In this document: piece by piece, positions 46,230-54,732 of the stretch
How the letters are laid out: every line of letters starts with the position of its first letter
Numbering within the stretch: position 1 is the stretch's first letter
Assembly: GCA_945884695.1 (NCBI GenBank)
Contig: CAMCYO010000004.1
Span: 56,648 to 120,647, forward strand
DNA length: 64,000 nt
DNA from: Streptomyces griseus
Lineage (GTDB): Bacteria; Actinomycetota; Actinomycetes; Nanopelagicales; Nanopelagicaceae
Direction of reading: 5' to 3'
Made by a program: the position numbers and the translations under genes
Notes under the pieces: model-generated
Told to the model about the DNA's origin: nothing
Seen by the model: only the letters and a program-made list of their open reading frames with translations
Databases searched by the model: none

Positions 46230-47690
46230 TTAACCCTTGTGAGGGCTCTTGCCACCGTTAAGTGCGTAATAGACAAGACCAGCGACGCCGACTCCAATAA
46301 ACCATGTGTATGGTCCAAGGTTTGCGCTGTAAGAAGATGGTCCATAAATTGGAAGGATGCTTGAGAAGACTGCAGCAATTCCAGCAGCTACGAAAGCCTT
46401 GATATTCCAACCATTTGTGAACTTGTAAGGTCCATCTTCTTTGTAAAGACCAGCAACATCTAGAGTCTGCTTGCGAAGCAAATAGTAATCAACCATGATC
46501 ACACCAAATAGTGGACCCATTGTTGAACCAATTGCATTCACGAAACTTGGTGCATTATCCCAAGGATGAAGTGGGTATAGCACCAATGCGATTCCTGCTG
46601 CGATATATCCGCCCTTCTTGAAGTCAATCTTCGAAGGAGCCACATTTGAGAAATCAAATGCTGGGGATACGAAGTTTGCAACAACGTTAATTCCAAGTGT
46701 TGCCACAGCAAATGTCACAGCAGCCAAAAGCACTAGGAAGATATTGTCAAACTTTGCGGAAATCTTTGCTGGCTCAAGTAGAACTTCGCCATAAACCTTG
46801 CTCGCAGAAGCTGTTGTAAGTGCAGCAACGATTGAGAAAAGAATAAGGTTTACAGGCAAGCCCCATAGGTTGCCCTTCTTAACGGTTTCTTTATCTGGAG
46901 CAAAGCGTGAGAAATCGCAGAAGTTAAGGAACAAGGCCGCGAAGTAGGTAATCCACGTTGCAGAAATTGCCAATATGGCAGCCAGGGAACCTGGGGTAAC
47001 TGCGAGCCCTGTAGCATTTTTAGCAAGTGCTGCAAGATCAGCTTCAGGCATGTCAATTGAGAAAGAAATAGTTCCTGACTTAATTGCCAAACCGATAGCC
47101 AAAAGCAACATCATTATCCATACGGCTGGACCAGCAAAGTCCTGGAACCGACGTACGGTTTCCATTCCTTTTCTGATGATAAGGAGTTGCGCTGCCCACA
47201 CGCCGAGGTAGCAAAGTACTTCCAATGTAGTGTGATCAAACATCCGAGATGTCTCATTGAAATTCTTAGGACCGTCGTAGCGAGTGAGGAATGCAACAAT
47301 GGCGCCTGCAGCTGCACTGGTCTGTGCGCCGTACCAAAATGTTGCAACGACAGCACGAACAAGTGCCGGAACGTTTGCGCCGAAAGTTCCGAAGGAAGCG
47401 CGCGCGAGTACTGGGTAGGGAACACCAGTTTTTTGTCCTGCATAGCCGACTAAGTTCATTAGCCAGAAAATAACTACAGAACCGATACCAATTGCTATGA
47501 GGAATTTAAGAGTATTCCCTGCAACAAGGAAAAGACTTGCTGCTAGAAAATAACCGTAGAGACTGTGAACGTCGGAAGTCCAAACATTAAATATGCTAAA
47601 GACTCCCCATTTGCGTTCTGTTGCTGGCGCCAAATCTTCATTATGAAGACGAGGACTTGCAGTGCGACGCACTTCGTCCGAAATAGACAT
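46230..47690 (-). CDS. NCS1-family nucleobase/allantoin:cation symporter
   Basis: 486 aa with 12 TM segments. The N-terminal NEDLAP...ERKW motif is typical of NCS1 (PucI/Mhp1-like). It is adjacent to the allantoin operon. Confidence 0.85.
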   Translation of the reverse strand: MSISDEVRRTASPRLHNEDLAPATERKWGVFSIFNVWTSDVHSLYGYFLAASLFLVAGNTLKFLIAIGIGSVVIFWLMNLVGYAGQKTGVPYPVLARASFGTFGANVPALVRAVVATFWYGAQTSAAAGAIVAFLTRYDGPKNFNETSRMFDHTTLEVLCYLGVWAAQLLIIRKGMETVRRFQDFAGPAVWIMMLLLAIGLAIKSGTISFSIDMPEADLAALAKNATGLAVTPGSLAAILAISATWITYFAALFLNFCDFSRFAPDKETVKKGNLWGLPVNLILFSIVAALTTASASKVYGEVLLEPAKISAKFDNIFLVLLAAVTFAVATLGINVVANFVSPAFDFSNVAPSKIDFKKGGYIAAGIALVLYPLHPWDNAPSFVNAIGSTMGPLFGVIMVDYYLLRKQTLDVAGLYKEDGPYKFTNGWNIKAFVAAGIAAVFSSILPIYGPSSYSANLGPYTWFIGVGVAGLVYYALNGGKSPHKG

Positions 47691-47900
47691 ACTTTCCCCT
47701 GTCGTAGATGAACCCGGTTGGGCTCGACCGCTTCAGTTGCATGAGGCCATCGCTGGATTTGGCCCTGACGCAACCGAGTTAGAAGAAATGGTAGGTGTGC
47801 TCCCTCGCCTAATCAACGACATTTAGGGAAAACTGATAAATTTCTTAACATTTCTTGAGCGTATCGCGGGAGTTACTGCAGAGTAACAAAATTTTATCCC

Positions 47901-49976
47901 TTACGCATCAATTCTTTCGCGATCAATTTCTGCTGTTGAGATAAATTCCTTACGAGGTGCAACATCATTTCCCATCAAGAGTTCAAAAATCGCATCGGCG
48001 GCAATAGCATCTTTTACTGTGACTCTACGCAATGTCCTGTGGTCTGGATCCATTGTGGTCTCCCGCAATTGATCGGCGTCCATCTCTCCCAAACCTTTAT
48101 AGCGCTGCAAAGGTTCTTTCCATTTTTTGCCAGCCTTTGTCAGGTCAGCTAATACTTTTTTCATTTCATCATCGGAATATGTGTAATGAAAATCGCCTTT
48201 TTTCCCGCCAGATCCCATGACCTCAATGCGATGAAGGGGTGGAATCGCTGCAAATACGCGACCTGCATCAATGAGAGGGCGCATATAGCGATAAAGAAGA
48301 GTCAATAAAAGGCATCGAATATGTGCACCGTCAACATCAGCATCTGACATTAAAATAATTCGGCCATAGCGTGCATCGTCGAGTTCAAAGGAACGCCCAG
48401 AACCAGCACCAATAACTTGGATGATGGATGCGCATTCGGTGTTATCGAGCATCTGCGAGAGTGAGGCTTTTTGTACGTTAAGAATCTTTCCGCGAATCGG
48501 CAAGATCGCCTGAAATTCAGAATTTCGCGCAGCTTTTGTTGTACCTAACGCTGACTCGCCCTCAACGATAAAGAGCTCAGTTCTAGAGACATCCTCAGAG
48601 CGACAATCTGAAAGTTTTGTTGGCAAAGAAGAATTTTCCAGCGCATTTTTGCGACGTTGCAAATCTTTATGTGCTCGAGCAGAGATTCGAGTACGCGATG
48701 CTGCCGCAACTTTTTCAAGGATCAATCGCCCATTAGCTTTATCGATGCGCTTTGTTGTTGAAAAGAACGCTTTCATCTCATCTGCTACCACCGAGGCCAC
48801 AATGCGCGTTGCTGCTGCTGTGCCAAGTACTTCCTTAGTCTGACCCTCAAACTGTGGTTCTGACATACGAACTGTAATAACGGCTGTTAAGCCCTCCATA
48901 ATGTCATCTTTAATGACATCTGCTTCGGAGTTCTTTAGAGTCTTTGTTGAACGAAGTACTTCATTAAAAGCTTTTGTGATAGCTCTCTCAAAGCCCAACA
49001 TGTGCGAGCCACCTTTAGGGGTAGCAATAATGTTAACGAAGGAACGAGCAGTGGTTTCAAAACCATTGCCCCACTTCATTGCAATGTCCACGCCCATGTC
49101 GCGCTCGACTTCGGTTGAAATCATATGCCCTTGATCATCAAGAACAGGCACCGTTTCTTGATAGTGCCCACTACCCGTTAAGCGAATGACATCCCCAACT
49201 GCTTCATCGGGCTGTAAAAATGTGCAGTACTCAGAGATTCCACCTTTATGGAAGAAAGTTTCGGTAGTTTTGCCCTTGCTGCGATTGTCATTCACTATCA
49301 GCGTTAAGCCCGGAACCAAATATGAAGTCTGGCGGGCACGCGCATAAATCTCTTCTAAATCTAGCTCAGCCTCTTTGAGAAAAATCTGCTTATCACTCCA
49401 CCATTTAATTCGCGTACCCGTTACTTTATGTGGAACTTTTCCAACTACGCGCAACCCTGAGGATGCAGTAAAGGGAGCTTTTGGCCCGTCGCCTTCAAAA
49501 ATTCCGGCAGCTCCTCTTTGAAATGACATCCAATAAATCTTTCCGTCACGATCAACTTCTGCGTCCAATCGAGAAGCAAGCGCATTTACAACAGATGCTC
49601 CGACGCCATGCAATCCACCAGAGGCTGCGTAGGATCCACCGCCAAATTTTCCACCCGCATGCAATTTTGTAAGAACAACTTCAACGCCCGTTAGGCCAGT
49701 CTTGGGTTCTTTATCAACGGGAATTCCGCGACCATCATCGTGAACTTCTACCGAGCCATCAGATTCGAGATTGATTTCAATTTTCTTGCAATGTCCGGCC
49801 AGCGCTTCATCGACAGAGTTATCGATAATTTCCCAGAGACAGTGCATGAGTCCACGTGAATCTGTGGAACCGATATACATGCCGGGGCGTTTGCGAACAG
49901 CATCTAAACCTTCGAGAACAGCAAGATCTTTGGCGGTATAGCTCGCCTCAATTAGGTCATTATCTTTGCTAGCCAC
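47901..49976 (-). CDS. parE: Type IIA topoisomerase B subunit (ParE/GyrB-like), full length
   Basis: LEGLDAVRKRPGMYIGST, EIIDNSVDEA, HDDGRGIPV (GHKL ATPase), EGESA/TOPRIM LFIVEGESALG, ILMSDADVDGAHI, C-terminal QRYKGLGEM; 691 aa. Confidence 0.85.
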   Translation of the reverse strand: MASKDNDLIEASYTAKDLAVLEGLDAVRKRPGMYIGSTDSRGLMHCLWEIIDNSVDEALAGHCKKIEINLESDGSVEVHDDGRGIPVDKEPKTGLTGVEVVLTKLHAGGKFGGGSYAASGGLHGVGASVVNALASRLDAEVDRDGKIYWMSFQRGAAGIFEGDGPKAPFTASSGLRVVGKVPHKVTGTRIKWWSDKQIFLKEAELDLEEIYARARQTSYLVPGLTLIVNDNRSKGKTTETFFHKGGISEYCTFLQPDEAVGDVIRLTGSGHYQETVPVLDDQGHMISTEVERDMGVDIAMKWGNGFETTARSFVNIIATPKGGSHMLGFERAITKAFNEVLRSTKTLKNSEADVIKDDIMEGLTAVITVRMSEPQFEGQTKEVLGTAAATRIVASVVADEMKAFFSTTKRIDKANGRLILEKVAAASRTRISARAHKDLQRRKNALENSSLPTKLSDCRSEDVSRTELFIVEGESALGTTKAARNSEFQAILPIRGKILNVQKASLSQMLDNTECASIIQVIGAGSGRSFELDDARYGRIILMSDADVDGAHIRCLLLTLLYRYMRPLIDAGRVFAAIPPLHRIEVMGSGGKKGDFHYTYSDDEMKKVLADLTKAGKKWKEPLQRYKGLGEMDADQLRETTMDPDHRTLRRVTVKDAIAADAIFELLMGNDVAPRKEFISTAEIDRERIDA

Positions 49977-50202
49977 GGGCGCAAAGGTTAGCCACCAATT
50001 GGCACTTATAAAGGTAAGCGCGCCGCATCCATCTCAAATACTGAAATCAATGTGAAAATAAGGTCGAAAAGTCGATTTTCTTAGATGTGAGAGAAAATAC
50101 TCACAGAAAAAACATTTAATTTGGCAAGCGGGGAATAACCAATCCATGGTTTGATGTTCTCTACTACACAGAGCCAATTGGCCCAATTGTGAGGAGAGCG
50201 CA

Positions 50203-50418
50203 ATGACGAAGCAGATGATCCTAGAGACCACGCCCCTCAATGCAGTAGATCGTTGCGATCGCTGTGGCGCACAAGCATATGTACGTGCCGTACTTCTTTC
50301 AGGTGGTGAGTTACTTTTCTGTGGCCACCATGCAAAAGAATATGCAGAGGGACTAAAGCCAATTGTTGCTCACATTCAAGATGAAACAGAGAAATTAGTA
50401 GAGGCTTCCGCTAATTAA
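50203..50418 (+). CDS. Small conserved Cys/His protein (putative zinc ribbon, CDRC...FCGHH)
   Basis: 71 aa with SD GAGGAGAG 6 nt upstream. The CxxC...CxHH spacing is consistent with a metal site. Confidence 0.55.
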   Translation: MTKQMILETTPLNAVDRCDRCGAQAYVRAVLLSGGELLFCGHHAKEYAEGLKPIVAHIQDETEKLVEASAN

Positions 50419-50433
50419 TGTGAAGGAAATCTT

Positions 50434-50631
50434 TTAAAGTTCTGCTGCCTCAAAGTCATGTGATTTATGGGCTCCATCGCAAAAAGGTTTATTCTCTGAG
50501 TGACCGCAACGACATAGTGAAAAATCACTCTCGGTTTTAATTACTTTTCCCTCTGCATCTACAAAATCAACTGTTCCCGAAACCCGAATTGAACCATTTG
50601 CTTTTACTCGCATTGTGACTTTTTCACTCAT
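50434..50631 (-). CDS. CDGSH-type iron-sulfur domain protein
   Basis: Signature CRCGHSENKPFCDGAH (C-x-C-x2-S-x3-P-x-C-D-G-x-H); 65 aa. Confidence 0.8.
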   Translation of the reverse strand: MSEKVTMRVKANGSIRVSGTVDFVDAEGKVIKTESDFSLCRCGHSENKPFCDGAHKSHDFEAAEL

Positions 50632-50649
50632 GATATTCCAGCCTTCTCT

Positions 50650-52254
50650 TTAGTCGAGGTAATCACGCAAAACTTGTGAACGTGAAGGATGGCGCAATTT
50701 CGACATCGTCTTGGATTCGATCTGGCGGATACGCTCACGAGTTACGCCATAAACCTTACCGATTTCATCAAGGGTCTTTGGTTGGCCATCAGTGAGGCCA
50801 AATCGCATGGCAACAACTCCGGATTCACGATCAGAGAGAGTATCTAGAACAGAGTGTAATTGCTCTTGCAGAAGAGTAAATGAAACAGCATCGGCTGGAA
50901 CTACTGCCTCAGAATCCTCAATAAGGTCTCCGAACTCAGAATCGCCTTCTTCTCCAAGTGGAGTGTGCAACGAAATTGGTTCGCGGCCGTACTTTTGAAC
51001 TTCAACAACTTTTTCAGGAGTCATATCTAACTCTTTGGCTAACTCTTCAGGCGTTGGCTCACGGCCAAGGTCTTGCAACATCTGGCGCTGAACGCGAGCC
51101 AATTTGTTAATAACTTCAACCATGTGAACCGGAATACGGATTGTGCGTGCCTGGTCTGCCATTGCGCGAGTAATAGCTTGGCGGATCCACCATGTCGCAT
51201 ACGTTGAGAACTTGTAGCCCTTTGTGTAATCAAATTTTTCAACTGCGCGAATTAAACCAAGGTTTCCCTCTTGGATAAGATCAAGGAATAACATTCCGCG
51301 CCCTGTGTAACGCTTTGCAAGGGATACAACAAGGCGCAAGTTGGCTTCCAGCAAGTGGTTTTTAGCGCGCTTTCCGTCTTCAACAATCCACTCGAGTTCT
51401 CGCTTAAGTTTCTTCTCTAACTTCTTTTCGGTAAATAGTTTATTTTCAGCAAAAAGACCCACTTCAATGCGGGTAGCGAGTTCAACTTCGAGCTCTGCAT
51501 TCAAGAGCGGAACACGACCAATTTGCTTGAGGTAATCCTTTACTGGGTCAGCAGTAGCACCAGCAGTCATAACAGTCTGCGCGGGGGCATCATCTTCTTC
51601 AGAGGCCTTGAGAGTAAATGCGTTCTCTTCGTTACCCGTGCTCTCCTCGGTTAAATTCACTACACGTGGAGCGTTAGCCTTATCTTCAGCAGATTCATCA
51701 GTTGAAACTTCAGCAACAAGTGCCTCAAGATCTTCGAGCTCTACTTCTTCGAGCTCTACTTCTTCGCCATCAATTTTGGTAACGGTACTCTTGCCGACTT
51801 TATTTTCAACAGGGGGTGTAACTAGTGCGTAATCAGATTTTTTAAGTATGCGATTTGGGCTGCCTAAACCTTGTTTACGCAATTTTTCGGTAAGTGTTGC
51901 AACAACTGTTACCAATTCGCGTGCTTCATCAACCAGTGGCTTATCAACTTTCTTAACAATTCTGTTGAGGTTTATAACCCCGCGCGTAGCAAGCTCGTCA
52001 GTAAGTTCTTTATGTCGAGCAATGGCATCTTTTGCGGTAATAATTAATTTAATATCAGCAACAGTGAGATCTTTCTTGAGTTCAATCTTCTTAGCTGGAG
52101 CTTTTTTCGCAGGAACCTTCTTAGCCGGAGCTTTTTTCGCCACAACTTTCTTTGAGGCGCTCTTTTTTACAACAGCCTTTTTACTTTTCGCTGTTTTCGC
52201 CTTATTTTTGAGCGCACTAAGAGAGGCCACAAGAGTCCTTTGTTTTGACTTCAC
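50650..52254 (-). CDS. sigA: Principal RNA polymerase sigma-70 factor (HrdB/SigA type); start codon uncertain
   Basis: Regions 1.2-4.2 are present: [65 protein letters not shown], and the C-terminal [13 protein letters not shown]. The N-terminus is Lys/Ala/Pro-rich. Confidence 0.95.
   Translation of the reverse strand: MKSKQRTLVASLSALKNKAKTAKSKKAVVKKSASKKVVAKKAPAKKVPAKKAPAKKIELKKDLTVADIKLIITAKDAIARHKELTDELATRGVINLNRIVKKVDKPLVDEARELVTVVATLTEKLRKQGLGSPNRILKKSDYALVTPPVENKVGKSTVTKIDGEEVELEEVELEDLEALVAEVSTDESAEDKANAPRVVNLTEESTGNEENAFTLKASEEDDAPAQTVMTAGATADPVKDYLKQIGRVPLLNAELEVELATRIEVGLFAENKLFTEKKLEKKLKRELEWIVEDGKRAKNHLLEANLRLVVSLAKRYTGRGMLFLDLIQEGNLGLIRAVEKFDYTKGYKFSTYATWWIRQAITRAMADQARTIRIPVHMVEVINKLARVQRQMLQDLGREPTPEELAKELDMTPEKVVEVQKYGREPISLHTPLGEEGDSEFGDLIEDSEAVVPADAVSFTLLQEQLHSVLDTLSDRESGVVAMRFGLTDGQPKTLDEIGKVYGVTRERIRQIESKTMSKLRHPSRSQVLRDYLD
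52087..52146 (-). repeat. Tandem 30-bp direct repeat (27/30 identical) inside the sigA N-terminal tail
   Basis: The units are cttcttagctggagcttttttcgcaggaac and cttcttagccggagcttttttcgccacaac. They encode the repeated KKAPAKK(V)PAKK segment. Confidence 0.8.
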
Positions 52255-52358
52255 CGATTAATCTCTATCTGATTAATCGCGAAGAAGCGATGGCTATATT
52301 ATAAATTATCCACAGGGGTAATTGCACATCGAAGGCGCGGTTTCGCCCTCCAAACCCT

Positions 52359-53471
52359 CTACCCCAGGCTGAGAGCCTTGCGAATGACCTCGCCAACGGC
52401 TTCAACTTCAACTAAAAAGCCGTCATGACCGAAAGGAGAGGCCAGAGTCACTGCTTCATGAGCCATAGGCACCAGGTCGGCTATCTCGGCTTGTAGGCGG
52501 GGCGGAAAGAGTCGATCTGTGTCGATAGAAACAATGACGACCGGCACGGTGATTGAGGCAAGAGCGATAGCGACTCCACCACGATCTCTGCCGATGTCAT
52601 GTGAATTCATTGCCTCGGTAAGGCAAATATAGGTATTGGCATCAAAGCGAGCTGAGAGTTTTTCTGCCTGATGGTCTAGATAAGACTCCACTGCATAACG
52701 ACCTGTGTCATCTCCTTGAAGTTCGCGTCCAAAACGAACATCCATTTCGGCCTCAGTGCGATATGTCAGATGGGCAATACGACGTGCAATTCCCAGACCC
52801 TCGTTTGGTCCTTGCTTCTTATCGTAATAATCGCCTCCATAAAAATGAGGATCACTTTTAATTGCACGAATTTGAATCGAGGCAGTTCCTATTTGATCAC
52901 CTGTTGCAACTGCAGAGGAGCCAATAGAACAGATTGCTCCAATGCGCTCTGGGAACTGTACCGCCCATTCAAGAGCTCGCATGCCACCCAGTGATGGACC
53001 AACTGCTAAAAGATACTTCTTGATTCCCATGGCATCGCTAAAGGCAACTTCTGCATCCACCATATCTCGAATTGTTAAGGTAGGAAAACGTGAACCGTAG
53101 CGTTTTCCATCAGGTGCAATGGATGAAGGACCTGTGCTTCCTTGACAACCACCAATAACATTGGGGCATATAACAAAATATTTATCGGTATCAAAGGGCA
53201 AACCTGGCCCCACCATAGATGGCCACCAACCCGGCACATCTGACCAACCAGTGAGTGCGTGATTGATCAAAATCGCATTCGATGCATCTTTGTTAAGAGC
53301 GCCCCAACTTTGGTAACAGATAATTACATCGTGGAGAACTTCTCCGTTTTCTAAGGGAAGTGAGCCAATAGAAATAAATTTACGATCCCCAGGTTCATGC
53401 GTTTCAAGCCATGCGCCAGTAACGCCGGCAACGTGCGAAGGAGTTTTCGGTACTTGTGGAGGTGAAGCCAT
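52359..53471 (-). CDS. metX: Homoserine O-acetyltransferase
   Basis: Alpha/beta fold with GPSLGGMRALEW, ...NAILINHALTG, D....P and H..FL. ATG 53471 is chosen because the longer track ORF would run through the riboswitch. Confidence 0.9.
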   Translation of the reverse strand: MASPPQVPKTPSHVAGVTGAWLETHEPGDRKFISIGSLPLENGEVLHDVIICYQSWGALNKDASNAILINHALTGWSDVPGWWPSMVGPGLPFDTDKYFVICPNVIGGCQGSTGPSSIAPDGKRYGSRFPTLTIRDMVDAEVAFSDAMGIKKYLLAVGPSLGGMRALEWAVQFPERIGAICSIGSSAVATGDQIGTASIQIRAIKSDPHFYGGDYYDKKQGPNEGLGIARRIAHLTYRTEAEMDVRFGRELQGDDTGRYAVESYLDHQAEKLSARFDANTYICLTEAMNSHDIGRDRGGVAIALASITVPVVIVSIDTDRLFPPRLQAEIADLVPMAHEAVTLASPFGHDGFLVEVEAVGEVIRKALSLG

Positions 53472-53487
53472 GTAAAGCCTTTCGCAC

Positions 53488-53598
53488 TTGCTGATAGTAA
53501 GAACTATCAACCTGGTCTTCACCCGGAGCACCCCGCCGCGATGGAGGGTTGCCGTCTAGTTAGCCGGGGCTCGCACCTAGAACTCGTGACCTGGTGAT
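53488..53598 (-). promoter_or_regulatory. SAM-IV riboswitch
   Basis: The minus strand reads GGUCACGAGUUCUAGGUGCGAGCCCCGGCUAACUAGACGGCAACCCUCCAUCGCGGCGGGGUGCUCCGGGUGAAGACCAGGUUGAUAGUUCUUACUAUC. This is almost position-for-position the SAM-IV core (GGUCAuGAGU..CCAGC..AGCCCCGGCU.GCUGG.CGGCAACCCUCC..GCGG.GGGGUGC.CCGGGUGA.GACCAGGUUG), with compensatory changes in P2 (CUAG/CUAG). The SD GAAAGG follows. Confidence 0.9.
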
Positions 53599-53630
53599 AA
53601 TTCTACGCGATAGAGGGCTATTAACAAAAA

Positions 53631-54650
53631 CTACCGATCAAATATCGAGGCACATACTTTGGGATGCAATTCTGCGCGCAATGAGGCAAAGGATTGCGGT
53701 GGCCATCCAGCGCTAAAAACACGACGTAACAGGCTTGCTAAGGAATATCCAGCGTTATCTGCCATGGCTCGGTCAAGACAGTGTTGCGCTAACGCACCTG
53801 CTCCACTCTCATAGGAAACTGCTGCCAGCAACGATGCAAGAGGAGCTACATATCCAGGTGGTGCGATGCGCACTAAGTATTTCCACATGAGTGCGTAGGT
53901 GTGGAGAGTATGAGCATCGTGTGAGCCAAGTGCAAAGTCGCGCACCTGAATATCACTCAGCCGACCAATAATTCGGGCGCAAAGTTCTTGATCGGCACCG
54001 ATATTGTGGCCAACAGTTCCTGCAATGAATCGAGAGATCAAATCAATTACTGCAATTGCTCCATCCTTTTGATCTGCGTGAAGGGTTGGGCTATTGATAT
54101 CTACGCGAAATTCATTTACGCGGGCGATAAAATCTCTATCGCTTGCAAGTGGCAGTGAAGAGAGCGAATCGACAAGAGTTGTAATACCATCAAAAGGCAT
54201 CAACACACCTTCTGCAACTTGTTCGACAGCAACTCGTGAAGTGGAAATTTCCTCTAATAGATTGCCTTCGGGTGGACAGCATTTAGTGTCGCCACATAAA
54301 ACTGAACGGTAGCGACCTTTAAAGATGTGTAATGACTCTCGAAGTTCGATATCGGCTCTGAGCAAGGAGGTCGCGATTGCATCGAGGACTTCTTCGCCAT
54401 CGGAGCGGTCATCAGGAACATAGGCCACAACAAGTGCGCTCTGGGCACCTTCGCGCACCAGATGGGAAACAAGTGTTTCGTAGGGCTCAAGTGAACTCTC
54501 GGTACGCGAAAGTTCTGGGTAGTCAACGCGCATTGCCATTCCGACTAAATCATCTTTGAGGCAGACGAGAACTAAGGAATTTGTTGGGTGGTATCCGATC
54601 AGAAATGGAATAGCGGCGATGAGGTCGTGAGGAGATGTAAGTGTTGTCAT
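53631..54650 (-). CDS. DUF4192-family protein (actinobacterial, function unknown)
   Basis: N-terminal TSPHDLIAAIPFLIGYHPTNSLVLVCL is the characteristic DUF4192 start; 339 aa. Confidence 0.7.
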   Translation of the reverse strand: MTTLTSPHDLIAAIPFLIGYHPTNSLVLVCLKDDLVGMAMRVDYPELSRTESSLEPYETLVSHLVREGAQSALVVAYVPDDRSDGEEVLDAIATSLLRADIELRESLHIFKGRYRSVLCGDTKCCPPEGNLLEEISTSRVAVEQVAEGVLMPFDGITTLVDSLSSLPLASDRDFIARVNEFRVDINSPTLHADQKDGAIAVIDLISRFIAGTVGHNIGADQELCARIIGRLSDIQVRDFALGSHDAHTLHTYALMWKYLVRIAPPGYVAPLASLLAAVSYESGAGALAQHCLDRAMADNAGYSLASLLRRVFSAGWPPQSFASLRAELHPKVCASIFDR

Positions 54651-54732
54651 AAGGGCAAAGGATTGCGTGCATGACCAACATTATTCATAGCAAGAAGTAA
54701 TCTCTGTGGAGAAGTGTGGATTGGTGGGCATC

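Noticed and set aside
37893-47690. Calling the allantoin block a horizontally acquired genomic island
   Set aside because: There are no integrase, transposase, tRNA or flanking direct repeats, and I cannot compute composition statistics here. It is kept only as a hypothesis under findings.
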